From Bacteroidales bacterium UBA5072 (lineage in GTDB: Bacteria > Bacteroidota > Bacteroidia > Bacteroidales > UBA10428): DNA of 64,000 nt. The DNA is taken from the NCBI GenBank assembly GCA_002415855.1, contig DIAS01000015.1, positions 17,968 through 81,967 on the forward strand, given 5' to 3'. Position 1 is the stretch's first letter; the number at the start of each line of letters is the position of its first letter. Below are positions 30,689 to 39,982 of the stretch, piece after piece. The notes beneath the pieces are model-generated. The model saw only the letters and a list, made by a program, of their open reading frames with translations, did no database searches and was not told the DNA's origin. Made by a program: the position numbers and the translations under genes.

Positions 30689-33600
30689 CTAGTATTCCCC
30701 CCAGCTTTTTATGGCAATATCCTCCAGTGAAAGCTTGCACACAGCAGTAAGAAAAGCGCTGGCCAGCCGGCTGTTGGTAATCAGCGGAATATTAAAGTCC
30801 ACCGCGCTCCTGCGGATATGGTAATCGTTGCTTAATTCACTCTTGGAAAGGTCTTTGGGGATGTTAATGACCAGGTCGATCATTTTGTTTCTCAGGTAAT
30901 CAAGCGTGTTGGGTTTTGCCTCTTCATCGGGCCAGTGCAACATGGTGCAGGGTATCCCGTTCATTTCAAGGAACTGGGCAGTACCACGGGTGGCAAAAAG
31001 GTTATAGCTCTTTTCCGCCAGCAATTTGCAGCTGTTTACAAGTTCCACCTTGGAACGCATAGGGCCGGTTGATAACAAAATATTTTTCTTGGGATAATTA
31101 TATCCTACCGAAAGCATTGCTTTAAGTATTGCCTCGTAGAAATTCTCACCGATACAACCCACTTCACCTGTAGAGGCCATATCGACCCCGAGAACAGGAT
31201 CTGCTTTCTGCAGGCGTGAAAAAGAGAACTGGGGTGCTTTCACCCCGATACAGTCGAGATCAAATACGGATTTACGGGGTTTTTCAACCGGTTTGTCGAG
31301 GATCACCTGGGTAGCAAGTTCAATGAAATTTACTTTCAGGACCTTGGAGACAAAGGGAAAACTGCGGGAAGCCCGCAGGTTGCATTCAATGACTTTTATA
31401 TCGTTGTCCTTGGCCAGGAACTGAATGTTAAAGGGGCCTGATATTTTGAGCTCCCTGGCGATCTGCCGGGAGATTCGTTTGATCCTTCGCATGGTTTCGA
31501 AGTATATCTTTTGCGCGGGGAACACAATGGTGGCATCACCCGAATGAACGCCGGCAAATTCAACATGTTCACTGATGGCATAGGCAATCAGCTCCCCTTC
31601 CCTGGCGACGGCATCGAGTTCAATTTCCTTGGCCTGCTCAATAAATTCTGATACCACAACGGGATATTGTTTGGATACTTTGGCAGCAAGGCTGAGATAA
31701 TGTTCCATTTCATCCTTGTTGGATACAACGTTCATGGCTGCCCCGGAAAGCACATAAGAAGGCCTGATGAGCACCGGAAATCCGACCTCATCAACAAAAT
31801 CATAAGTCTCACGTATGCTGGTAAGTTCTCTCCATCTCGGCTGGTCAATTTGAAGATCATCGCAGAGTGTGGAGAATTTGTGCCGGTCTTCCGCATTATC
31901 GATCGAAAGGGGAGAGGTTCCCAGAATATTCACCTGCTGATCATAAAGACGCATTGCCAGGTTGTTGGGGATCTGTCCCCCCATGGACAATATCACGCCA
32001 TGCGGGTTTTCCAGTTCAACAATGTCCATTACCCGTTCAAATGATAGCTCGTCAAAATATAACCTGTCGCAGATATCATAATCGGTGCTGACCGTTTCAG
32101 GATTGTAGTTGATCATTACCGAACGGTAACCTTCTTTGTTGATGGCATATAGTGCGTTGACACTACACCAGTCGAATTCAACGCTGCTTCCAATGCGATA
32201 AGCGCCGGATCCAAGTACTATAACAGATTTATGATCACCTTTATATTCAACATCATTTGAACGGCCACTATAAGTAAGGTAAAGATAGTTGGTCATGGCA
32301 GGATATTCGGCAGCCAGTGTATCAATTTGTTTGACCACGGGAACTATGCCCAGCAGCTTGCGGTGCTTTCGCACTTCCAGTAAGCCCTCCTGCATGTATT
32401 CCGGCATATCCTTCATGATCGAACGGGCGATCTGAAAATCTGAAAATCCATAGACCTTGGCTGACCGGAGCAGATCATCGGGCAGATCAGCAAGCGAATC
32501 GTACTGTTCAAGCTTGTTCTTGAGTTTGAAGATGTTTTTAAGCTTGTGGAGGAACCAGGGGTCGATGCGGGTAAGTTCATGTATTTTTTCAACCGAATAT
32601 CCCTTGGAAAAGGCATCTGCTATCACAAATATGCGCATATCCGTGGGTTCGGACAGTTCACGCTCCACATCATCGAAGGCAAGGTCACGGTTGCCGACAA
32701 AGCCGTGCATACCCTGACCTATCATGCGCAATCCCTTCTGTATGACCTCTTCAAAAGTACGGCCAATGGCCATGACTTCCCCGACACTTTTCATACTGCT
32801 GCCGATCTGCTTGGAAACGCCGATGAATTTATTCAGGTCCCAGCGCGGGATCTTGCAGACAATGTAATCGAGAGCGGGTTCAAAAAAGGCAGAGGTGGTC
32901 TTGGTGATGGAGTTCTTTATTTCGTGCAGTCCGTACCCCAGGGCAAGTTTGGCGGCGACAAATGCAAGCGGATATCCGGTGGCTTTGGAAGCAAGGGCGC
33001 TGGAACGCGACAACCGGGCATTGACTTCAATAACACGGTAATCTTCGGAGTAAGGATCAAGGGCATATTGTATGTTGCATTCGCCGACGATTCCGATATG
33101 CCGGATTATCATAATGGCAAGCTGCCGGAGAACATGATATTCCGAGTTTGTCAGGGTTTGTGATGGCGCTACAACAATGCTTTCTCCGGTATGTATGCCA
33201 AGCGGATCAAAATTTTCCATGTTGCACACCGTGATGCAGTTGTCGTAACAATCCCGCACCACTTCGTATTCAACTTCCTTCCAGCCCTTGAGGGATTTTT
33301 CGACGAGTATCTGCGGGGCATAAGAAAAGGCCTTCTCGGCCATTCTTCTCAGTTCCGTCTCATGGTTGCAGAACCCGCTGCCCTGTCCCCCGAGCGTATA
33401 GGCTGCCCTGATAATGATGGGATAACCAAGTTCAACAGCTGCTTTTACAGCATCCTCCACATCGGTGACGGCGAAACTCTGAATGGTCTTCACCCCGATC
33501 TCATCCAGTTTTTTAATGAACAAATCACGATCTTCGGTATCCATGATCGCCTGTACCGGAGTTCCCAGAACACGGACATTGTGCCTTTCCAGGGCCCCGT

Positions 33601-33907
33601 TCTTGAACAGGGCTATACCGCAGTTCAGGGCGGTCTGTCCGCCAAATGACAAAAGAATTCCGTCAGGTTTCTCCTTTTCAAGGACCTTCTCAACAAAATA
33701 GGGCGTAACAGGAAGAAAGTAAATGGTATCGGCAATCCCTTCGGAAGTTTGTACGGTAGCAATGTTAGGGTTAATCAGAACGGTTTTAATCCCTTCTTCC
33801 CGCAGCGCTTTTAATGCCTGCGAACCCGAATAATCAAACTCGCCAGCCTCTCCGATCTTAAGCGCTCCGGAGCCCAGCACGATTACTTTCCTGATTGAAT
33901 TGTCCAT
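30689..33907 (-). CDS. carB: Carbamoyl-phosphate synthase large subunit
   Basis: LGSGALKIGEAGEFDYSG, GIHTGES, IEVNARLSRSSALASKATG, GSSVEFDWC, C-terminal MGS domain; start placed at ATG 33907. Confidence 0.98.
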   Translation of the reverse strand: MDNSIRKVIVLGSGALKIGEAGEFDYSGSQALKALREEGIKTVLINPNIATVQTSEGIADTIYFLPVTPYFVEKVLEKEKPDGILLSFGGQTALNCGIALFKNGALERHNVRVLGTPVQAIMDTEDRDLFIKKLDEIGVKTIQSFAVTDVEDAVKAAVELGYPIIIRAAYTLGGQGSGFCNHETELRRMAEKAFSYAPQILVEKSLKGWKEVEYEVVRDCYDNCITVCNMENFDPLGIHTGESIVVAPSQTLTNSEYHVLRQLAIMIIRHIGIVGECNIQYALDPYSEDYRVIEVNARLSRSSALASKATGYPLAFVAAKLALGYGLHEIKNSITKTTSAFFEPALDYIVCKIPRWDLNKFIGVSKQIGSSMKSVGEVMAIGRTFEEVIQKGLRMIGQGMHGFVGNRDLAFDDVERELSEPTDMRIFVIADAFSKGYSVEKIHELTRIDPWFLHKLKNIFKLKNKLEQYDSLADLPDDLLRSAKVYGFSDFQIARSIMKDMPEYMQEGLLEVRKHRKLLGIVPVVKQIDTLAAEYPAMTNYLYLTYSGRSNDVEYKGDHKSVIVLGSGAYRIGSSVEFDWCSVNALYAINKEGYRSVMINYNPETVSTDYDICDRLYFDELSFERVMDIVELENPHGVILSMGGQIPNNLAMRLYDQQVNILGTSPLSIDNAEDRHKFSTLCDDLQIDQPRWRELTSIRETYDFVDEVGFPVLIRPSYVLSGAAMNVVSNKDEMEHYLSLAAKVSKQYPVVVSEFIEQAKEIELDAVAREGELIAYAISEHVEFAGVHSGDATIVFPAQKIYFETMRRIKRISRQIARELKISGPFNIQFLAKDNDIKVIECNLRASRSFPFVSKVLKVNFIELATQVILDKPVEKPRKSVFDLDCIGVKAPQFSFSRLQKADPVLGVDMASTGEVGCIGENFYEAILKAMLSVGYNYPKKNILLSTGPMRSKVELVNSCKLLAEKSYNLFATRGTAQFLEMNGIPCTMLHWPDEEAKPNTLDYLRNKMIDLVINIPKDLSKSELSNDYHIRRSAVDFNIPLITNSRLASAFLTAVCKLSLEDIAIKSWGEY

Positions 33908-33948
33908 CTTTTTTAAAACCTCAAAGAAAATTAGTCCTATATTTGGCC

Positions 33949-34032
33949 CAAAAATACAAATATTTTTAAATTCATCTTGCATACTTATAAAAAAGCGTAT
34001 ATATTTGCATCATTAATGAATATCTATTCATC
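33949..34032. promoter_or_regulatory. Divergent carB/argR promoters with tandem ARG boxes
   Basis: carB -7 element TATTTTTG (minus strand, 33949-33956); argR -33 TTG (33977-33979) and -7 TATATTTG (34000-34007); ARG-like 18-mers AGCGTATATATTTGCATC (33994-34011) and AATGAATATCTATTCATC (34015-34032) separated by 3 bp. Confidence 0.75.
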
Positions 34033-34509
34033 ATGGGAAACAGAACAGAAAGGCTACTGGCCATAAGAAACATCATCTCGTCACAGAAGGTATCCAGTCA
34101 GGAGGAATTGCTGGACCTGCTCGAGAAGAAAGGATTGAACTATACACAGGCAACGCTTTCAAGGGACCTGAAATTCCTTAAAGTGAATAAAATCTCTGAT
34201 ATGGAGAAAGGATACATTTATGAACTGCCTGATCAGCACCATATACCAGGCCACGAGCTCGCGGAGAGCTATGCGGCGCAAGGCTTTGTTTCCATCCAGT
34301 TTGCCAACAAGCTCGGGATAATCAAAACCCTGCCGGGTTACGCTCCCAGCATAGCTTCGCTTATCGATAAGGTAAATCCATTTGAGATAGTCGGAACCCT
34401 TGCCGGCGATGATACCATCCTCATTGTGCCCCATGATAATGTTACTGAAAAGGATATTATTAATACTTTGATAATTATTATACCTGAATTAAAGGATAAA
34501 ATTAAGTAA
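34033..34509 (+). CDS. argR: Arginine repressor
   Basis: SQEELL, TQATLSRDL, KTLPGYA, GTLAGDDT. Confidence 0.96.
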   Translation: MGNRTERLLAIRNIISSQKVSSQEELLDLLEKKGLNYTQATLSRDLKFLKVNKISDMEKGYIYELPDQHHIPGHELAESYAAQGFVSIQFANKLGIIKTLPGYAPSIASLIDKVNPFEIVGTLAGDDTILIVPHDNVTEKDIINTLIIIIPELKDKIK

Positions 34510-34515
34510 TTGCAC

Positions 34516-35748
34516 ATGAAGAAGGAAAAAGTTGTGCTGGCGTACAGCGGGGGACTGGATACCTCGGTTATCCTGAAATGGCTGATCGATAAAGGATATG
34601 AAGTGATCGCCTATATTGCTGATGTGGGTCAGGATGATGATTTTCAGGAAGTCGAAAAAAAGGCGGTAAAAATTGGTGCTTCCAAAGTATATATCAGAGA
34701 CCTGAAAAGGGAATTTGTTACCGATTACATATTTCCTGCACTGAAAGCCAACGCTATGTATGAGAGCCGTTACCTGCTGGGCACTTCGCTGGCAAGACCG
34801 TTAATTGCCAAATACCAGATAGAGATTGCGCATGAAGAGCAGGCGGAATATGTATCGCATGGTGCCACAGGAAAGGGAAACGATCAGGTAAGGTTTGAAT
34901 TGTCGTATTATGCCCTGAATCCGAAAATCAAGGTGCTTGCACCCTGGAAAACACAGGAATTTCTGGAACAGTTCAAAGGAAGGACTGATATGCTGAATTA
35001 TGCCCGGGAAAAGAATATCCCCGTAAAAGCTACTGTTAAAAAGCCTTACAGCGAGGATGACAACCTGATGCACATCAGCCATGAGGCCGGTATCCTCGAA
35101 GATCCTGGATTCAGGCCCGAAATGGATATGCTTACCAAAATCGTTCCCCCACAACATGCGCCGGATAGAGAGACGCAAATTGAGATCCATTTTAAGGACG
35201 GAATTCCGGTAAGGGTTGTAAATAGCCAGGATGGCGTGAGCATAACCGAGCCTTTGGCATTATTTGTTTACCTGAACAAAATTGGAGGGGAAAACGGCAT
35301 AGGTTTGCTGGATATGGTAGAAAACCGATTTGTCGGCATAAAATCGAGAGGCGTTTATGAAACTCCGGCGGGCACAATCCTTTTACAGGCGCACATGGAT
35401 ATCGAAGGCATAGCCATGGATCGCGAGGTGATGAGGCTTCGCAACATGCTTTCACCTGTTTTTGCCGAAATCGTTTATAATGGATTCTGGTTCAGTCCCG
35501 AAATGGAGTTCTTAAGGGCTGCTATCGACAAAAGCCAGGAACTGATTGACGGTATCGTTTACCTGTCCCTCTATAAAGGCAATGTCATTATCAACGGCCG
35601 GGTATCCCCAAGTTCACTGTATGACAAAGATCTTTCCAGTATGGACATTGCCGGGGGCTTCGACCAGAAAGACAGCGCCGGTTTTATCAAGATCAATGCG
35701 ATCAGGCTGATGGCCCACAATGCCATCACCAGAAGGAAAAGGAAATAA
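34516..35748 (+). CDS. argG: Argininosuccinate synthase
   Basis: [50 protein letters not shown]. Confidence 0.98.
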   Translation: MKKEKVVLAYSGGLDTSVILKWLIDKGYEVIAYIADVGQDDDFQEVEKKAVKIGASKVYIRDLKREFVTDYIFPALKANAMYESRYLLGTSLARPLIAKYQIEIAHEEQAEYVSHGATGKGNDQVRFELSYYALNPKIKVLAPWKTQEFLEQFKGRTDMLNYAREKNIPVKATVKKPYSEDDNLMHISHEAGILEDPGFRPEMDMLTKIVPPQHAPDRETQIEIHFKDGIPVRVVNSQDGVSITEPLALFVYLNKIGGENGIGLLDMVENRFVGIKSRGVYETPAGTILLQAHMDIEGIAMDREVMRLRNMLSPVFAEIVYNGFWFSPEMEFLRAAIDKSQELIDGIVYLSLYKGNVIINGRVSPSSLYDKDLSSMDIAGGFDQKDSAGFIKINAIRLMAHNAITRRKRK

Positions 35749-35824
35749 CCCTGAAGTATTCCGGGTATTTTTCAGGAAAATTAACACTTCAGGACGCAAT
35801 TCCCGAAGGTTGAATTAAACTGTC

Positions 35825-37159
35825 ATGAAACTCTGGGAAAAGAATATCAAAACAGACGAACTGATCGCGCGGTTCACAGTGGGCAGGGACCGTGAACTGG
35901 ATCAATTGCTGGCACGTTATGATGTGCTGGGCTCCATCGCCCATATTATCATGCTTGAAAGCATCGGCCTGCTGACAGCAAAAGAACGTACGGCATTGCA
36001 CAATGAGCTTCTGCTGATCCATGAAGCTGTTCTGCAGGGTAGTTTCACCATTGAGGAAGGGGTGGAGGATGTGCATTCGCAGGTTGAATTACTGCTTACC
36101 CGGAAACTGGGCGAAACCGGGAAGAAGATCCACGCAGCACGATCACGTAATGACCAGGTTTTGCTGGATATCAAGCTGTTCATACGGGAAGAGCTGCATG
36201 AGGTGGTGGAGATCACCGGTGCGCTTTTCCAGTTGTTGATAGACCAGAGTGAAAAATACAAACACATGCTGATCCCCGGATATACACATTTGCAGGTAGC
36301 GATGCCATCTTCTTTTGGCCTCTGGTTTGGCGCGTACGCCGAATCCCTTACAGAGGACATGCAATTGCTCCTGGCTGCCTACCGTATTGCCGACAAAAAT
36401 CCGCTTGGTTCAGCGGCCGGATACGGGTCCTCCTTCCCGATCAACCGGCAGATGACTACGGATCTCCTGGGTTTCGAAACCATGCATTATAATGTTGTCA
36501 ATGCCCAGATGAGCCGCGGTAAAACCGAAAGGATCAGTGCCTATGCATTGGCATCCCTGGCCGGTACATTATCAAAAATGGCAGGCGACATATGCCTGTT
36601 TGCCAGCCAGAATTTTGGGTTCCTGACACTGCCCGAAGAACTTACAACAGGCTCAAGCATCATGCCGCACAAGAAAAACCCAGATGTATTTGAGTTGATA
36701 CGGGCAAAATGTAATAAAATACAAGCGCTGCCCGGCGAGGTGGATCATATCTGGATCAACCTGGTTTCAGGGTATTTTCGTGACATGCAGATCATCAAGG
36801 AATCGTTTCTGCCTGTTTTTGGGGAAATGAAGGACTGTATCCGGATGATGGCCTACGCTGTCGGGAGGATTATACCCGCCAGCGATATTCTTACCGATGA
36901 TAAGTACAAGTATATCTTTTCGGTAGAAGAGGTAAATAAACTGGTACTTGAAGGAATGCCCTTCCGTGAAGCCTATAGGGAAGTGGCCAAAAGGATACAG
37001 GAAGGGACCTACAAGGCAGAGGGGACCGTGCATCATCATCATGAAGGCAGCCTCGGGAACCTGTGCAATGATAAGATTGCCCAGAAGATGAGAGCCCTGG
37101 TGCAGCTTTTTCATTTTGAGAACAAGGATGAAGCGTACCGCAATTTACTCATGAGTTAG
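35825..37159 (+). CDS. argH: Argininosuccinate lyase
   Basis: EDVHSQVE, ARSRNDQV, PGYTHLQ, TGSSIMPHKKNPD. Confidence 0.98.
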   Translation: MKLWEKNIKTDELIARFTVGRDRELDQLLARYDVLGSIAHIIMLESIGLLTAKERTALHNELLLIHEAVLQGSFTIEEGVEDVHSQVELLLTRKLGETGKKIHAARSRNDQVLLDIKLFIREELHEVVEITGALFQLLIDQSEKYKHMLIPGYTHLQVAMPSSFGLWFGAYAESLTEDMQLLLAAYRIADKNPLGSAAGYGSSFPINRQMTTDLLGFETMHYNVVNAQMSRGKTERISAYALASLAGTLSKMAGDICLFASQNFGFLTLPEELTTGSSIMPHKKNPDVFELIRAKCNKIQALPGEVDHIWINLVSGYFRDMQIIKESFLPVFGEMKDCIRMMAYAVGRIIPASDILTDDKYKYIFSVEEVNKLVLEGMPFREAYREVAKRIQEGTYKAEGTVHHHHEGSLGNLCNDKIAQKMRALVQLFHFENKDEAYRNLLMS

Positions 37160-37167
37160 AAGAAGCG

Positions 37168-37842
37168 ATGGGAAAGGAAACAATTGTAGTGAGGGTTGAA
37201 ATATCGACATTGCTGGGCCAGCACGGCAAAATCAGTCCCGGAAAAATGGACCGGCTGGCAAAGGTAATTACCAACCTGCACAACAGCGGCAAACATGTGC
37301 TGGTGGTTACTTCCGGTGCCATTATCCTGGGAGCCGAGAAGCTCAAGCTCCAGAACCTGCCTGATACGCTGGTGGAGATGCAGGCGACGGCAGCCGTTGG
37401 CCAGGCCGAGCTGATCAGGTGGTACCAGCGTTCGTTTGATGAGTACAGCCAGATCGTTGCCCAGGTGCTGCTTACCAGCGATATTATCGGCTATCCGCAA
37501 CGCGTGAAAAACACCCGGAATACATTCAACACGTTGCTGAACATGAGCATTATCCCCATCATCAACGAGAACGACCCGGTTTCTTCCTCGGATATCGAAT
37601 ATGATGACAATTACCCGCTTGCCCTGATGGTGGCGAAAATTGCCCAGGCCAATTTCATCGTTATCAAAATGGAAACGAACGGAAAGTACATGATCGTTCC
37701 GGGGGGCAGCTTCAAAGCCGTTGTCGTGGATGGTGAAACGGAGCTACAGGAAAAGCTTGAATCCATATGCAATGTGATGATTCCCCGGGACACGGCTGTT
37801 GAATTGCAATTCCCGTCATCCATTGGTGAAATTGTTTTTTGA
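37168..37842 (+). CDS. Degenerate glutamate 5-kinase paralog (ProB'; N-terminal lobe kept, catalytic and ATP-binding motifs lost)
   Basis: Shares VTSGAI, QAxAAVGQAEL, VAQVLLT and IIPIINEND with the adjacent proB. VVKIGT becomes VVRVEI, FGDND becomes YDDNY, and there is no SDIDGLY or TGGMxTK. Confidence 0.85.
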   Translation: MGKETIVVRVEISTLLGQHGKISPGKMDRLAKVITNLHNSGKHVLVVTSGAIILGAEKLKLQNLPDTLVEMQATAAVGQAELIRWYQRSFDEYSQIVAQVLLTSDIIGYPQRVKNTRNTFNTLLNMSIIPIINENDPVSSSDIEYDDNYPLALMVAKIAQANFIVIKMETNGKYMIVPGGSFKAVVVDGETELQEKLESICNVMIPRDTAVELQFPSSIGEIVF

Positions 37843-37875
37843 TGTAAAATGCAGGAAAGGTTGATATACAATATA

Positions 37876-38694
37876 ATGGATTACAGAGAAGTACTTAAGA
37901 ACAAAAAAAGAATTGTGGTGAAGATCGGAACCTCCTCCCTTTCTTATCCGAATGGAAGGATGAATTTCCACAGTATTGAGAAGCTGGCTTACGTACTGAG
38001 CGCTGTGCGGCGCCGGGGGGTCCAGGTTATCCTGGTCACTTCGGGTGCGATCGGGATTGGTGCAGGCCGCCTTGGCATTACCCGCAGGCCCCAGGAACTG
38101 GCCAAAAAGCAGGCCCTGGCAGCAGTCGGTCAGGCTGAACTGATGAAGATCTATCAGAAATTCTTTGATGGTTACAACCAGACAGTTGCACAGGTCCTGC
38201 TTACAAAGGATGTGGTCACCATTCCGGTACTGAACCGGAATGCCGGAAGAACCTTGCACAAACTGCTCGACATGGATATCATTCCCATCATCAATGAAAA
38301 TGACACCATCGCTACTTACGAAATTGTATTCGGCGACAATGATACGTTGTCGGCCATAGTTGCCTCGCTTGTTGAAGCTGATCTGCTGGTTATGCTGTCG
38401 GATATCGACGGATTGTATTCGGCGGATCCGCGGACGGAGGCAACTGCAGAAATCATTCATTCGGTGCTGGAAATCACACCGGAACTGGAACAGCTTGCCT
38501 CGGGTGCCGGATCCTCTTTCAGTACCGGCGGCATGGTTACCAAGATCTCAGCTGCCAAAATCTGCCTGAGAAGCCGGATTGACTGCATCATAGCAAGCGG
38601 TACCGACCCGGCCATCATCTTCGATCTGCTGGCAGGAAAGGAGATAGGTACGCATTTTGTTGCCAGCCAAAAAAAAGCCGTCAGACATGTATGA
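37876..38694 (+). CDS. proB: Glutamate 5-kinase (short form without PUA domain)
   Basis: IVVKIGTSS, TSGAI, INEND, FGDND, SDIDGLY, TGGMVTK. Confidence 0.96.
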   Translation: MDYREVLKNKKRIVVKIGTSSLSYPNGRMNFHSIEKLAYVLSAVRRRGVQVILVTSGAIGIGAGRLGITRRPQELAKKQALAAVGQAELMKIYQKFFDGYNQTVAQVLLTKDVVTIPVLNRNAGRTLHKLLDMDIIPIINENDTIATYEIVFGDNDTLSAIVASLVEADLLVMLSDIDGLYSADPRTEATAEIIHSVLEITPELEQLASGAGSSFSTGGMVTKISAAKICLRSRIDCIIASGTDPAIIFDLLAGKEIGTHFVASQKKAVRHV

Positions 38695-39946
38695 CAATTC
38701 AGAGAACCTCAGCAAAAAAGCAGGTCAGGTAAAGCTTGCAGCACGTGAACTGGCCAAAGCGGAAACAAGCCGGAAAAATCAGGCTTTGTTAGCTATAGCA
38801 GAAGAAATCGACAGAAACCGGGATGCCATCAAAACTGAAAACAGCAAGGATGTCGCTGCCGGAAAAGAGAAGGGTCTATCGGGAGCAATTATCGACAGGC
38901 TTACCCTGAATGACAAACGTATACAGGGATTAATTGAAGTGTTAAATGATGTTGTCAACTTAAAAGATCCTGTAGGGGAAATTTTCAACATGAACACCCT
39001 TCCTAACGGGCTGAAAGTCGGACAGATCCGGGTACCCATCGGCGTCATAGGCATTATCTTTGAATCCCGCCCGAATGTTTGCATCGAGGTTGCTGCATTG
39101 ACAATAAAATCAGGTAATGGCGTTATTCTGCGCGGAGGATCCGATGCCATTCACTCCAACCTGCTGCTTACCAGTCTTATCGGCAAGGGACTTGTAAGGG
39201 CAGGTCTACCTGAAGATTGTGTCGGCATTGTAAAGGACACCAAAAGGGAATCGGTGCTGGAACTGGTTAAATTAAAAGACTTTATTGATGTCATTATACC
39301 CCGGGGCGGACTTGAACTGATCCGCTTTGTTGAGGAAAACTCGGTAATCCCTGTTATCCGGCACGATATGGGTATCTGCCATACTTACGTCGATGAATTC
39401 GCCAACCTGGAGATGGCTTCAAAAATCTGCTACAATGCCAAAGTACAACGGCCGGGGGTATGCAATGCCATGGAGACCCTGCTTATCCACAGCCGTGTGG
39501 CCGGACAGTTCCTTCCCCTTATGAAGGAGATCTATGACAAGGCCGGCGTCATCCTCAGGGGTTGTGAAAAGACGAGGAAAATATTGCCTGGCATTGAAAT
39601 CGCATCTGAAATTGACTGGCGCACGGAGTACCTCGACCTGATCCTCTCCGTGAAAGTTGTTGAGAACGTGGATGAGGCAATCGACCATATCAACAACTTC
39701 AGTTCGCATCATTCGGATGCCATCGTCACCGACAGTTATACGCAGGGCATGCGGTTTATCCAGGAAGTGGATTCGGCTGCCTGCTTTATCAATGCCTCCA
39801 CCCGCTTCAGCGATGGCAATGAATTCGGCCTTGGAGCTGAAATGGGGATCAGCAATCAGAAACTTCATGTAAGAGGGCCCATGGGATTAAAAGACCTCAT
39901 GGCACCCAAATACATCATTTTTGGAAACGGCCAGGTGAGAACCTGA
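38687..39946 (+). CDS. proA: Gamma-glutamyl phosphate reductase
   Basis: IFESRPNV, IPRGG, GVCNAMET (catalytic Cys), NASTRFSDG, ISNQKLHVRGPMGL; start overlaps the proB stop. Confidence 0.97.
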   Translation: MYDNSENLSKKAGQVKLAARELAKAETSRKNQALLAIAEEIDRNRDAIKTENSKDVAAGKEKGLSGAIIDRLTLNDKRIQGLIEVLNDVVNLKDPVGEIFNMNTLPNGLKVGQIRVPIGVIGIIFESRPNVCIEVAALTIKSGNGVILRGGSDAIHSNLLLTSLIGKGLVRAGLPEDCVGIVKDTKRESVLELVKLKDFIDVIIPRGGLELIRFVEENSVIPVIRHDMGICHTYVDEFANLEMASKICYNAKVQRPGVCNAMETLLIHSRVAGQFLPLMKEIYDKAGVILRGCEKTRKILPGIEIASEIDWRTEYLDLILSVKVVENVDEAIDHINNFSSHHSDAIVTDSYTQGMRFIQEVDSAACFINASTRFSDGNEFGLGAEMGISNQKLHVRGPMGLKDLMAPKYIIFGNGQVRT

Positions 39947-39982
39947 CCAATCTTTGAATTATAAACCGTAAATTCATTTACC

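Noticed and set aside
33908-33982. N-terminal extensions in the ORF track for carB, ilvE, the prenyl synthase, proB and proA
   Set aside because: The extensions run through promoter elements or upstream genes, or lack family-like sequence; downstream ATGs match the family N-termini.
37168-37842. ProB' as a simple pseudogene, or as ArgB or another amino-acid kinase
   Set aside because: The frame is intact and tightly packed in the operon, and the retained motifs (AAVGQ, AQVLLT, INEND) are specific to glutamate 5-kinase rather than acetylglutamate kinase.
37816-38460. Long antisense ORFs of 150-214 aa opposite proB, carB (32546-33163), ftsX (21879-22478), rdgB (25758-26384) and pspC
   Set aside because: They lie almost entirely over well-supported genes on the other strand and have no recognisable motifs.
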